A stretch of 63,903 nt of DNA, the filler included, from Nemertoderma westbladi (Eukaryota; Animalia; Xenacoelomorpha), in the NCBI GenBank assembly GCA_032718475.1. It is 3 parts of 3 records of this genome, joined end to end, with 100 filler letters (N's around TTAATTAATTAA, not from the genome) between each part and the next. Parts side by side here need not be neighbours in the genome. Positions count along the whole stretch, not along the records: positions 47,137 to 63,903 come from JAUCBJ010003092.1; 2 more parts are not named here. One strand, 5' to 3'. A program made the position numbers and the translations under genes. The stretch's first letter is position 1. Every line of letters starts with the position of its first letter. The notes beneath the pieces were generated by a model. That model searched no databases. It was not told where the DNA came from and worked only from the letters and a program-made list of their open reading frames with translations. Shown here piece by piece: positions 50,413-63,903 of the stretch.

Positions 50413-52953
50413 AATAAGAAAAGGTCCACCATAAAGCGCCACACTCTCTCATAAGAAAAGATCCACCATAAAGCGCCACACTCTCACATAAGAAAAGGTC
50501 CACAATAAAGAGCCAATCTCACATAAGAAAGATCCACCATAAAGAGGCACTCTCTCACATAAGAAATATCCACCATAAAGAGCCACTCTCTCTCATAAGA
50601 AAAGATCCACCATAAAGCGCCACACTCTCACATAAGAAAAGATCCACCATAAAGCGACACTCCCTCTCATAAGAAAATATCCACCATAAAGCGCCACTCT
50701 CTCTCTCATAAGAAAAGATCCCCCATAAAGCGCCACTCTCTCATAAGAAAAGATCCACCATAAAGAGCCACTCTCTCACATAAGAAAGATCCACCATAAA
50801 GAGCCACTCTCACATAAGAAAGATCCACCATAAAGAGCCACTCTCACATAAGAAAATCCACCATAAAGAGTCACACTCTCACACAATAAAAGATCCCCCA
50901 TAAAGCGCCACTCTCTCATAAAAAAAGATCCACCATAAAGAGCCACTCTCTCACATAAGAAAGATCCACCATAAAGAGCCACTCTCACATAAGAAAGATC
51001 CACCATAAAGAGCCACTCTCACATAAGAAAATCCACCATAAAGAGTCACACTCTCACACAATAAAAGATCCACCATAAAGCGCCACTCTCTCTCACACAA
51101 GAAAAGATCCACCATAAAGCGCCACTCTCTCTCTCATAAGAAAAGATCCCCCATAAAGCGCCACTCTCTCATAAGAAAAGATCCACCATAAAGAGCCACT
51201 CTCTCACATAAGAAAGATCCACCATAAAGAGCCACTCTCACATAAGAAAGATCCACCATAAAGAGGCACTCTCTCACATAAGAAATATCCACCATAAAGA
51301 GCCACTCTCTCTCATAAGAAAAGATCCACCATAAAGCGCCACACTCTCACATAAGAAAAGATCCACCATAAAGCGCCACTCTCTCTCATAAGAAAATATC
51401 CACCATAAAGCGCCACTCTCTCTCTCATAAGAAAAGATCCCCCATAAAGCGCCACTCTCTCATAAGAAAAGATCCACCATAAAGAGCCACTCTCTCACAT
51501 AAGAAAGATCCGCCATAAAGAGCCACTCTCACATAAGAAAGATCCAAGAATAAAGAGCCACTCTCACATAAGAAAATCCACCATAAAGAGTCACACTCTC
51601 ACACAATAAAAGATCCCCCATAAAGCGCCACTCTCTCATAAGAAAAGATCCACCATAAAGAGCCACTCTCTCACATAAGAAAGATCCACCATAAAGAGCC
51701 ACTCTCACATAAGAAAGATCCACCATAAAGAGCCACTCTCACATAAGAAAATCCACCATAAAGAGTCACACTCTCACACAATAAAAGATCCACCATAAAG
51801 CGCCACTCTCTCTCACACAAGAAAAGATCCACCATAAAGCGCCACTCTCTCTCTCATAAGAAAAGATCCCCCATAAAGCGCCACTCTCTCATAAGAAAAG
51901 ATCCACCATAAAGAGCCACTCTCTCACATAAGAAAGATCCACCATAAAGAGCCACTCTCACATAAGAAAGATCCACCATAAAGAGCCACTCTCACATAAG
52001 AAAATCCACCATAAAGAGTCACACTCTCACACAATAAAAGATCCACCATAAAGCGCCACTCTCTCTCTCATAAGAAAAGATCCTCCATAAAGCCCCACTC
52101 TCTCATAAGAAAAGATCCACCAAAAAGAGCCACTCTCTCACATAAGAAAGATCCACCATAAAGAGCCACTCTCACATAAGAAAGATCCACCATAAAGAGT
52201 CACACTCTCACATAATAAAAGATCCACCATAAAGAGCCACACTCTCACTTAAGAAAGATCCACCATAAAGAGCCACTCTCTCAAATAAGAAAAGGTCTAC
52301 CATAAAGCGCCACTCTCTCACATAAGAAAAGATCCACCATAGAGAGCCACTCTCTCTCTCATAAGAAAGATCCACCATAAAGCGCCACACTCTCACATAA
52401 GAAAAGGTCCACCATAAAGAGCCACACTCTCACATAAGAAAAGATCCACCATAAAGAGCCACACTCTTTCATAAGAAAAGGTCCACCATAAAGAGCCACT
52501 CTCTCTCATAAGAAAGATCCACCATAAAGAGCCACACTCACTCATAAGAAAAGGTCCACCATAAAGCGCCACACTCTCTCATAAGAAAAGATCCACCATA
52601 AAGCGCCGCACTCTCACATAAGAAAAGGTCCACCATAAAGAGCCACACTCTGACATAAGAAAGATCCACCATAAAGAGCCACACTCTCCCATAAGAAAGA
52701 TCCACCATAAAGAGCCACACTCTCACATAAGAAAGATCCACCATAAAGAGCCACTCTCTCTCATAAGAAAAGATCCACCATAAAGCGCCACTCACTCTCA
52801 TAAGAAAAGGTCCACCATAAAGAGCCACACTCTTTCATAAGAAAAGATCCACCATAAAGAGCCACTCTCTCTCATAAGAAAGATCCACCATAAAGCGCCA
52901 CTCTCTCTCATAAGAAAGATCCACCATAAAGAGCCACTCTCTCTCATAAGAAA
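50413..52953. repeat. ~35-41 bp minisatellite (ataagaaaagatccaccataaagagccactctctc) with a ~720-bp higher-order duplication
   Basis: Directly visible; the variant order in ~50522-51240 repeats in ~51241-51960. Confidence 0.95.
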
Positions 52954-54236
52954 GCTAAACAATTGTCTAAACTGTAAGGCGTGAGGCTAGCTGGCTTTGT
53001 GGCTCGTCCCACTTAAAAAAAACAAACTTTGCTACAACTAACAAAAATATAATATGAAGCAAATAATTTCATTATCAAGCACGTTTACAAGATATAAGAT
53101 AAGATTACCAAATATTTATAAAAAATGCCCATGATGTACAACCAGATAAATAACAACGAATAGAACCAAATAATAAATTTAGTTTCCTTATTGTAGATCT
53201 ACCCTTAGTAAGGGGGGGGGGGGGGGTAGTTGGGATATATCAATACCCACGAGCCAGGTCGGCCAGTTTCCTGTGACTTGTTTGTTAGTGTGGTTTTACG
53301 GTTACCAATTAGGTTTTGAAATAATTCCTTTTTAAATTGATAGTTAATGTTTTTTTTAATTACTTAATTTTATATTTTAATCTAATGCGTTCCATACTTT
53401 TGTACCTTGAAAGTTTAACGATTTTTGCGTCTGTACCAATCTAGTCCGAGGTAAAAAGTCGTTTTTGTTTGACGACGAACGGGAATTGTACTGTAGTTGT
53501 GTATATATTGTAGCTGTTGATTCAAAAAGTGTAGTTATGTAGGCCTAGTCTCTTTTTTTTCATTATGTATTTCCCACATCAGCTCAGCGGATTCAAGTAA
53601 ATGTATTTGTTCGATCGGTAATATATTTAGTAATTTGTAGAGTGGCGGTGCGTGTTCACGGTAGTGGCTAAAGGTAATAGCTCTTAGTAGTATATTCACT
53701 TTAGCCCATATTACCCCATATTACTATTCCGTATGAAATCTAGGCTATGGTTGAATTAGTGCGTAATATACTGTAGTAGTTTTAGTATATTTAGTCGTAA
53801 AATGTGATGTAGTTTGAAAAATATGCCTGTAAACCTAGAGGTTTTGTTTAGTATACAGTATATCCATAGTGGTTATTCCATGTAAGATTGTGTAGTCTAT
53901 CCAGATTTCTAGAATTTTGTTTGTGTTAGGCCTACTAGCTTGACGTCAGTGTTTCGGATTTTAACGGTATTAATTGTGGGTTCTTTTTTTATTTGTAAAC
54001 TTAAGTTTTTAATTAGTTTAAAATTAATTGGGTTATTTTTAATCCAGGGGAAATAAACTATTGACGTTGGTACTGTAGTTAGTTTTTTTTTTATATGATT
54101 TGCCTACATTACAAGGATATAGGAATGCTTGGTGGGATTGTCTGAACAATGAACAATCAGCTGACCAAGTCTAGAGCTTTTGCTACACATAACCAAGTCA
54201 ATAGGAAAACTCCAAATTATAACATAGCTAAAGTGG

Positions 54237-55569
54237 GTGTGTTTGAAAAAGGTGGACTGGACACAGAAAACATGGATAATGGACAGACCAATCACGGGCG
54301 ATTTGCGTCACACAGCATGTCCACCTTTTTTAGCTTTGTTGTCCACCTTTTTCAAATTTGAATAAGGTGGACTGTGTTGAGAAAGAAAAGGCAATGAATT
54401 GACCAATCAGATTGATTTGCACATTATAGCAGCTCTGTCCACGTTTTTCAAAAAAAGGGTTTTTATGGATTATTATTGATATTATTATCCCATACTTACT
54501 GTGACCAACCGAAGTTGTCGAAATAGACCTAGTTCAATAATATGTGGCGAGCCACGCGAAATCTGTGAGCTGAGCCTTACAGCCTTAGCATCAATATTGG
54601 AACGTCAATATTCTAACTCATTACAGTATAAAGTTACTTATAATAACTACCTATTGTGAGGGAAATATAATATGCTTTATTTACCGGTCATCCCGAGATC
54701 TGTTATTAAACGACCGAGCGCAACGAGGGAGGTAAATAAGTCCCCATATTTTGGGAGTGGCGGTCCGAAACCCTAATTCAAAGTGGAAATGGAGGCCCAA
54801 AGCCTTAATTAAAACTGTCATGTAACGAATTGTGACCCCTTAAATATTTACACCACTTAAATATTTTGGATCCTAAATTCCACAAAATTTCTAAGATTAG
54901 AGCATCGGGACTTTAAGGTTATAGGGTTAATGCAGTTTTAATTAGGGTTTGGGCCTGACCAACTAACCCAACCACAAAAATAAACCAATAAATCTAAGTT
55001 AAAGTGATGTACGGTACGCTAGACCTACTATTATTATACCGGTACTGTAAGTAAGGGGGCCTCAGTAAAGGCGGGGTAGCTCAGTTGGTTGAGCGCCGGG
55101 CCTGCAATCTAATGGTTGTAGGTTCAGCCCCGCCAGGGTCCACTCAGCCTTTCATCCACTGGGGTCGATAAAATGAGTACCAGTTAAATAACTGGGAGCA
55201 AATCTTGGGATAGGAGTAGCGCCCACCCCTACCCTCGGGTAGCAGCTATCGAAAGAGGAGCCTTCGGGTCGCCTCCGGCTTCGGCCGACTGTTTGCTTTT
55301 TTTTTTACTGTAAGTCTATAGGGGGGCAATCCGAGCAGGGCGTGGGGAGGGGGGGGGGGGGGGGGGGGGGTTGTAGATGCGGATAGGACACCGGCAGCAT
55401 TCTTAATACAGCTGCTTCCAGCATGCCCATTATAGATAGGTAATTGAAACCTGAAAAAGGTGGACAGTCCAATCACTAATAAGTAGCATTGCTTTAATAC
55501 GTTTCTGATTGGTCAGACTATTATCTATGTTTTTTGTGCATGTGTCCAGTCCACCTTTTTCAAACACAC
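54237..55569. mobile_element. MITE-like element with 29-bp terminal inverted repeats and nested insertions
   Basis: gtgtgtttgaaaaaggtggactggacaca (54237) versus tgtgtccagtccacctttttcaaacacac (55541-55569); internal aaaaaggtggac subrepeats. Confidence 0.7.
55053..55305 (+). mobile_element. tRNA-derived SINE with conserved central domain and 10-bp TSD
   Basis: A-box tagctcagttgg 55077, B-box-like ggttcagccc 55121, central cactcagcctttcatcc...ggtcgataaaatgagtacc; TSD tactgtaagt at 55043-55052 and 55306-55315. Confidence 0.9.
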
Positions 55570-56379
55570 ATCTTATTCCCAATTATGTAACTAAGAAAGC
55601 GAAACTTGAAAAAGGTGGACAGACCAATTGCTACAAACTGCTTTGCATAATACGTTTCTGATTGGTATGTCCGTTGTCCATGTTTTATTGCTATGCATGA
55701 GAAAGTTTCGTGCTTATGTACAGTAGTAACTAAATGGGAGAAGAGGAGGTTTTAACTTTCTGATATTTTGCCATCCTAGCGGCAAACGTTGGAATTGTTG
55801 ATATTTCGGCTTCCCCGTAAAGCAGCAAAGACTAAACAAAAGGTAAAGGCGTCAAGTTTTTGCAAAAAGAAACTGTGAATAACTTTAGTGCCAATCAAAA
55901 AACTCCCCGCTGCTTAATTTATCATTCAGTAGTGTGCAGTGAAATAGCCTACACTACAGGTACTGGAGGGAAATTCAAAGTTGTTAACGGACCACTAACT
56001 GACAAATGCAATGCTGTCAGTACTGCAGTAGGCCTACAGCAATACTGCATTATGAGTACCAACCTCTACTGCTCTACCAATAGTTTCTTTGTTCGGTCAC
56101 TCAGTTCGATGCCTACTGGCAGACTGGAATATTCTAATATTCAGAATATCGGTAAACCAAGTCAGTATAGTTCCAGTACAAAGTTCCAACATTTTGGTAT
56201 ACCGGTCCTGTCCTGTCTGGTTCTGCTGATTGTGACCATTTTCTTTTCGATTGTGCTAATTTGGTAATTTTCTAATTGTACACCTAACGCTAACAAGCAG
56301 ACAAGTGGGCCAGCTAGCCAAACAATATGAAAATTGTGCTGTACGACCTGACGACGTGATGTACTGATGTACGTATACC

Positions 56380-56513
56380 GTACTCGGCTGCTCGGGGTGT
56401 AAACGCTACGCCAACAACCGACAACCACCAGACCACTGCACTGCCGACAGCGACAACCAGACAACAGCAATAAAGGTTGTCGGCGTAGCGTTTAAACCCG
56501 TCAGCCCGTGTAC
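56380..56513. repeat. ~40-bp imperfect inverted repeat (small MITE/hairpin)
   Basis: taaacgctacgccaacaacc / ggttgtcggcgtagcgttta with extendable flanks. Confidence 0.7.
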
Positions 56514-59500
56514 TCGTCTGCTCGTGACAATTTATATATATAGGTAGTAATTCAGTAATTAAGGCTACAACCTACAAAAAGAGCCAAAGGTGCAGTTCGG
56601 ACATCGGGCAGTCGGTCTCGGACTCGGACGTACATGCACAGGCTGTCTGTTACTGTCTGACTAACTGACTGGGACTGGACTAATGTAAAACAGTTGTTTA
56701 GTACGGTACTGTAGTACAGGTAGTACATTTAGTACAACCGGAACACGGTGCTAAATGACGTCATCAAGCACCAATTGGTTTTTCCATTACTTTTTACTAA
56801 TATATAGTATTCAAACAGCTGACTCAAAATGTAGCTTAGCAACTAGAACCCGTCACCTCACCACGTGCCAGCCTGTTGCCAAGCAACACCACCAGCATGT
56901 GCCAGGTTGGCCCTTGGCCATTTATTTGATGCGATTAGTGCTATCGGTATCTACTGATCTACATTGAATTATATTAAACCGATTACCGTTATTTACCAAA
57001 TCGAGAAACCAATGTTAGGTTGCCATTAATAATGGCCCAATATTTTATGATTCCTTTAATAATAGGCTAATTAGATAACAATTAGACAACTATTTGATTA
57101 CGTAGACAAGACCCGATGATAGAACAAGACCATAAGGCGCAATTTAATTTAGAACAATTTCACTACAGTACTAATATTATTTATGTCTTATTACAGTATG
57201 ATAAAACATCCTGAAACCACCTGAAACTAGCTGTTCAAACGGTCATTGAATTCATAGGGCCGTCGCACATCAATCACGATGCTGAAACCCCTAAAAATCG
57301 TGATACATTTTATTCGCTGTTACACTCAAACTCTCAATGGCTCTTTTACTACTGTCAGACTGTACCCTGCTTTAACATTGCTGTAAACCACCTGTACACC
57401 TGACATTCTACATATCGGTACAGTTTTATATACCCCAGTATTATACACACAGTTAATGTGTAGTTGTGATGTGAGTGGTAGAACCGGTGAGTCCCATCCT
57501 CATAGGATGTGTCGGTTGGCAGGTTGATGCCTATCCTATCAGCATTGGTATTTATAATATAAAATATATAATATGATAACTTTGCCAAGGCCAACTCACT
57601 ACCAAGTCACTACAATGCAAGGATTGTATTATCATTTGCGAATCAACAAAGTGAAAAGCAATATGGCTCCAACTGACAAAATGTTGTTTACATTTTAGCA
57701 GTGGCGGTGGCTATTGGGTATTGGCTTCTTTTTGACTGCCATTACCTTTCAGTACTATACCAGGCAATAAGAAGCAGCGCAGCTGTCCTTGATGCTGTCC
57801 AATCTCCCCATTAATTACATTAATGTACAATACAGTAGTAGCGATTTTGATATCAATTATTTCGCCAAGTTATACTGTAGTTAGTTTCAATAGCTATTCC
57901 TGCAGTCCTGTCTACTAATCTAATCTATCATTGTCTGTCTCTCTCTCTCTCACTTGAGTTATTGCCTTTAGGTGTTTCTGTGTTTTGGTTTATTAGCCAG
58001 CCTAGCTGAATTGTTAGGTTTAGTACTGCTTTACCCGTTTACTGGGCAGGTTACATACTGTACAACTGATTCGTTTACGATTAAAAGATTAGTTGCTGAA
58101 GGACTTTTTCCCTTTTACCAGCTGACTTGCTGTGCCTAATGCAGTGATGCTAGAGTGTTTAATAATTATTTATCTTCGCAGCCTTAATTAAGTCTACAAT
58201 TTTGTAGACAATAAACAACAACAGGCTGACGATAGGCTTAGTTCAGTGATATTGAAAGCCAATTCTGCAATACCGGCAACACCGGTAGTGTAATTATTAT
58301 TGATTCCTGAATACAGTCAGACAGTTCTTCAACTGATTTAAGTGATATTGCTATATTGGGATTAACAATCGTAATATGAGAGGGACGGAAGAATTAAAGT
58401 TTATATGATTATAATTACATTTCACTTTTAAAGGTTAGTTTAACTGTAAAGTAAACATTTTCCATATTACTAAGTGTAGGCCTACTATTATACATAATTT
58501 TTCAATCGTTCAACTTTGGCGTACATTCGGGTAAATTCGGGTAAATTTACTTTGAATTTGTATTTAGTTCAATAAGTATTTGTTTTTAGTTCATTATTAT
58601 GTATGATGCACGTGCACGATGCAAGAGGCAAAATGTTTTTAGAATACATTATTTCCTATCAGACCACCACACTAGAGATGCAAGATGAAAGATGCAAAAA
58701 ATGACATCCTCGATGTTCTATTTTTTGCATCTCGAATTGTAGAATACATGGTAGACTATGGGAGGCCGTACACTAGAGATGCAAGATAAATTCTTTAAAA
58801 TATACATTAATATAATCAAAGTAATATACGCGTGTGTTCAGTGTTGCCACCCAATATTATATTATACTGCACCGCAGTGTGACTAACAGTTTTTCCTTCG
58901 CTCCAATCGCTTTTCTAAACTTGGTGCTTGACGCGAATATATTGTGTCTCAATGTTAAATTATATATTTTGGGAGAGGAACAATTTATAGTAACAGGTTA
59001 TTCTAACCAAAAAAATTAACGAAAATCAATGAAACAGGTCACAGTTTTATTTTTGGGAGTAAGCAGCTGTTATCTACGTGGAAAGTGCCCCCATATCTGG
59101 GGGAACGACTTCTAGACTCAGCAACATTATGTGGTACTATATACCAGAACACTGTTAAATTATGCGTTGATATGGTAACACCATATTGTGAATGGATTAA
59201 TTGTTTATATTAATGGCTTTGGTTTGTAAACAACTTATATTAATTGATTATTATTTGGGAATTATTATATTGTTACTTCTTACTTTACATCAAAACTAAA
59301 TCATGTGTAGTGTACTGACGACATGTTTCTTTCTTTATGGAATACAATTAACTCCGGAGAACTATATGTCGGACCCGGTTTTGCTAGTCTAGTCTAAACG
59401 CCTACTGTCTGAAGAAAGGAATATAATATAGTAGTCTTTTTAAACTCTAGGAAATGTTTAATCAACTCGAGATACCAAACTATTTACGATATGTCGACGA

Positions 59501-60278
59501 TTCGATTCGATCGGACAGCCATTGTAGATCGTGAGGGTCCAATGTTTACGTAAAAGTGCCGAGATAGTGGTGGAGATTCAGTATGGCGAGGAGATGGTGT
59601 CTAGATGATTTGGGTGAGTAACAGAAGGATTAATCCGCGTGTTATTGGAATTATGGGAATTATTTGGGTTTAATTAGTAAGTTAGCTGTCTCTAATATTG
59701 GGATTGGCCCCTGTAAACCGGACCGTACTGTATATCCTATGAAGCAATACCTTTTACTTACAATATTCCAACTATGTATTACCTCTACTGCAACAATTTC
59801 AGCAAAAATAAAGTAAGTTGATAATCAGCAGTCTATGACTATTCAACCAAAACTGGCAAATCTAGACAATTAAATTGTAATGTAATATCATTCTACTGAA
59901 AAACGTAACCATTTTGTTTCTAGTTGAATTTCTCGAGGAACAGAAACATGAGGGTAACGAGTACTTCGACAGGGGCTGTTACAGGGAGGCCCAGAAGTGT
60001 TACAGAGGCGCTATCGATCTACTTTATAAAGAAAATGACGATCATATTAGTGAGTACAAGTTTTAGGTCCGCGAAGCGAGACCTCTATCTAGTATTCACT
60101 CCGTTGTTGTTGTTTTCTGTTGTTGTTAATTTCAAGTTTGGTTCTAGTTTTATAATATCTAGTTCAATCCCACTTTCCGGTGAATTTTTTGGTAGTAAGC
60201 CATTCAAGGAGACCGTTCATGCGTTAGTAGACGCTGACCTTTGCGCGATTTGGCGCTTATTTTAAATAAATCCTCTAC

Positions 60279-61115
60279 ATTAAGGGGTAGCGCATTTTCT
60301 GACCAAAAATACGAATTTTTGAAACATATCCTATCTGATGCAGAATTTCATGGTAAATCCAAATATGGAAACCGTTTTCCCATATCTTGCTTAGTTTTCG
60401 AGATATCTGGGATAGAAGATACTGGCTCCGATATATTGCGATATCGGTAAAGGCGATGAGGTTTGGAGTTTGCATTCAATTTCTGCAAATTTCTGTGCCC
60501 AGTGGTGCCAATTGGATGTCTCCACGAGAAAGAGCACAAAATTTTATTTGAGAAGGTATTTTTTTATGATTATTGGACCTACTGATCAGTTTATAAGACA
60601 ACTTCAAGTCTCCGGAATGAAGACGGGACTTGAATAAGCGACTCTGCGGTCTTTGCGGGATTACATGGAATAGACTTATCGGTCATCGGAGATCTTTAAA
60701 ATGTATAATCTCCAGTTCTAGTGGTCGTACGAAGTTCGTTTTAGGCTCATTCGAAAGCTCTTTTCTTAGAGAACAAAGTTACCATTTGATTAAAGACAAA
60801 ATGGTTGTAAAGCAACATAACATGAATTTGGGTATAATATGCCTTGCAAATTTTGTTCAAGTTATGATTGCTCAGGCAGCTTTAAAGAGTTTGCCAAACC
60901 AAATGGTAACTTTGGTCTCTGAGAAAAGAGCTTTCGAATGAGCCCAAAACGAACTCCGTACGACCACTAGAACTGGAGATTATACATTTTGAAGATCTGC
61001 GATGACCGATAAGTCTATTCCGTGTAATCCAGCAAATACCGCAGAGTCGCTTATTCGAGTCCCGTCTTCATTCCGGAGACTTGAAGTTGTCTTATAAACT
61101 GATCAGTAGGTCCAA
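60279..61115. mobile_element. Palindromic non-autonomous DNA element with ~200-bp inverted arms; right side cut off by the LINE
   Basis: 60573-60772 is the reverse complement of 60916-61115 with few mismatches. A possible left end TTAA|GGGG lies near 60280. Confidence 0.8.
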
Positions 61116-63762
61116 CCAAGATTTAGAGACTTGTGACGAAGTTTTACTGGTGGAACTTTTACTTCCTAAAACTAAACCTATTTTAATCGGTACTTTATAT
61201 CGGCCCCCTAAACAATCAGATTTTTTGCAAAATTTTGAAAATACAATTTTATGTAATCTTAGGTCAGACTGTGAAATATATTTCTTAGGTGATTTTAATA
61301 TCTGTTACCATCACAAAGCATCCCCCATCTGTAAACAGTACCAAAGTATTTTAAATTTGTTTGGTTTAAAACAAATTATTCGAGATTCTACCAGAATTAC
61401 CAGTAAAACTTCTTCTACTTTACTAGATCACATCCTTTGTAATAATACCGATATTATTTCTCAATCTGGGGTTTTACCTATAGGTCTAAGCGATCATTTT
61501 ATAGTTTTTTGCACAAGAAAGACACAAAAATCTTTTTTCGGGGATCATAAAACAGTAACAGTTAGGTCTATGAAAAATTACAGCAAGGAACGCTTTTTAA
61601 GTTTGTTAGTTAATTCTGACTGGGAACCCTGTTTTAAGGCCGCTGACATTAACCTTGCGTACACTGTTTTTAAAGATATATTTTTAAAGGCACTTAATAC
61701 TGTAGCACCAATTAAAGAAATTAGTCTTAAACAACGCACTGAGCCCTGGATGACCTCGGGTATTCTTAGTAATATCAGAGAAAGAGATAACTATTTGTAT
61801 AAATTTAGGAAATACCGTGTTTTAGCTGATTATAATAATTACTGCAAATATAGAAACCTTGTCCAACGGGAAATAAAAAAAGCTAAATCTGAATATTTGT
61901 ACAACAAAATAAGTGAGAATAAAGATAATCCAAAAAGTCTATGGTCTACCCTAAAATCTTTAGGTTATAAAAACCTTAAATCTAAATCGAATATTGTTCT
62001 GCAAGATAACGGTGAGCTGATTCATGATCATACTCTAGTTAGTAATTTATTTAATAATTATTTTACTAATGTTGCCTCTAATTTAGTTAAGAAATTACCG
62101 TTATCAAGTAATAAATATAGTATAGGGTCCGAAACTCTAAATAATTTTTATTTAGAAAAGTTACAAAATTCAGAAAAGTTATTTTTAAAACCCGTTTCTG
62201 AGGATTTCGTTTTTAAAAATCTACTTAGCCTATCAGCCTCAAAAAGTACCGGTCTAGACCTAATACCTGCCCGTTTTCTTAAGGATGGTGCTGAAGTACT
62301 TAAAGTGCCTATTACTTTTATTATTAATTACTCTATCGTAGATAATGTAGTACCAGACGAACTGAAATTAGCTAAGGTTGTTCCTCTGTATAAAAAGAAT
62401 AGTAAAGTAGAACCCTGTAATTACAGACCTGTTAGTATCTTAAGTATTGTATCTAAAATTCTAGAACGTTCTGTTTTTCTACAGCTGGAGGCACATCTTA
62501 GTAGGCTAAATCTGATCTATGAACTTCAGTCCGGTTTTCGTAAATCATATTCTACAGACACCTGCCTTATTAACTTAACTGATACAATTAGATGTAATAA
62601 CGCAAAGGGTTTATATACTGGTATGGTAATGTTGGACCTACAAAAGGCTTTCGATACTGTAGATCACGAAATTCTGCTTGGTAAGTTAGGCCTGATGGGT
62701 GTAGGTTCTATAGACTGGTTCAAGTCCTACCTGTCAGACAGAGGTCAAACTGTAGTCATTAGCAAATCGCTGTCTACTGTACAAGAGATTACCTGTGGTG
62801 TACCGCAAGGTAGTATATTAGGTCCTCTGCTTTTTGTATGCTATGTAAATGATATGATAAGTAGTATAGATCCCGATTTTAAACTCATTTTATATGCCGA
62901 CGACAGTGCTCTTATTTTCTCTCATAAAGATCCTATCCATATTTCCCAAAAGTTAAGTGCAGTTCTAGAATCCTGTAATGAGTGGTTGGTTGATAATAAG
63001 CTATCCATTCACTACGGTAAAACTGAAAGTATTTTGTTTGGTTCCAAAAGAAAGTTAAAGAAGGTAACTAAGTTTGAAGTCACTAGTAATGGACATAAGA
63101 TTGAAAATAAAAAGGAAGTTAAATATTTAGGCGCCACATTGGATAACTGCTTATCAGGAGAAAGTACAGTGAAAAATATTTTCTCGAAAGTTAACAGTAG
63201 GCTTAGGTTTCTATACAGAAATAAAAATAGTTTAAACACCGACTCCCGCAAGTTACTTTGCTCTTCTTTAATACAGTGCCACATGGACTATGCGTGCTCT
63301 TCTTGGTATGAAGGCTTAACCAAACAGCTTAAATGTAAATTACAAGTAGCTCAGAATAAAGTAGTACGATTTATTAAAGACTATAGACCTAGGCACCACC
63401 TAACTCCAGATGACTTTTCTGAATCTGGACTACTTAACTTAGATAGTAGAGTTAAGCAGCTACGCCTTAACCATGTGCATAAAGTGTATAATGGTAAATG
63501 TCCCAATTACCTAAAACAAAAATTCAACAGAGTACGCGATACACACTCTTACAGTACCAGAGCTAGTGCTTCAAACTTCTACCTCCCGAATTGTAAATCC
63601 TTCGAATCTGATACTTTCTTTTTTAACGGCATTAAAAATTGGAACGATCTGCCTAATGAAATTAAAAACCTAGATAATCCACATTCTTTTAAATCTGCAG
63701 TTAAATCTCATCTCCGTGTGCAATGTAAAAATAGGTACAATAGTCCTACAGTAAGTTATTAG
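61116..63762 (+). mobile_element. CR1-group (Crack-like) LINE ORF2, 5'-truncated but uninterrupted (partial APE endonuclease + RT)
   Basis: LYRPP, LGDFN, LLDHIL, SDH (EN); [46 protein letters not shown] (RT); ~880 codons without a stop. Confidence 0.95.
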
Positions 63763-63903
63763 TTTATTAATTATTTACTATTTATACTGTAATTACGTTT
63801 TATAATAAATTGTTCTGTACATTACATCTTTATCGTTGAGTCGGACATTGTCACGCTCTCGGTAAAGTTGTACATGTACATAGTGTAATTACGTTTTATA
63901 TTG

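Noticed and set aside
47137-52953. 40-bp and ~38-bp arrays as CRISPR-like or coding repeats
   Set aside because: Head-to-tail units without spacers; the ORFs are repeat translations.
61081-61115. TTG start of an 893-aa full-length ORF2
   Set aside because: This stretch belongs to the inverted-repeat arm, and the N-terminal endonuclease motifs are missing.

Overview
AT-rich, repeat-dense genomic DNA from an invertebrate metazoan (spliceosomal introns, T-box gene, LINEs and SINEs). It is made of three blocks joined by artificial 100-bp N-TTAATTAATTAA-N linkers (24794-24893, 47037-47136), so synteny across the linkers is not established. Host genes: a T-box transcription factor (minus strand, at least 5 exons), a two-exon single-LIM protein, an intronless survivin-like BIR gene, an intronless TYW3, and the first exon of a type II membrane protein. 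Most of the rest is LINE debris (L2, CR1/Crack, RTE), an IS3EU-like integrase remnant, two tRNA-SINEs, foldback/MITE elements and several minisatellites. The standout is 2707-5616, a retrozyme-like insertion. It holds about 6.65 near-identical 411-bp monomers carrying 7 minimal type I hammerhead ribozymes, each directly downstream of a tRNA-Glu-like Pol III A/B-box head (truncated in the first copy). The array has a 151-bp inverted 5' segment, ends that do not coincide with the cleavage site, and a 13-bp target-site duplication inside one arm of a foldback element. This architecture suggests a single retrotransposition of a multimeric or circular self-cleaving RNA. All family assignments come from reading motifs by eye; no searches were run.
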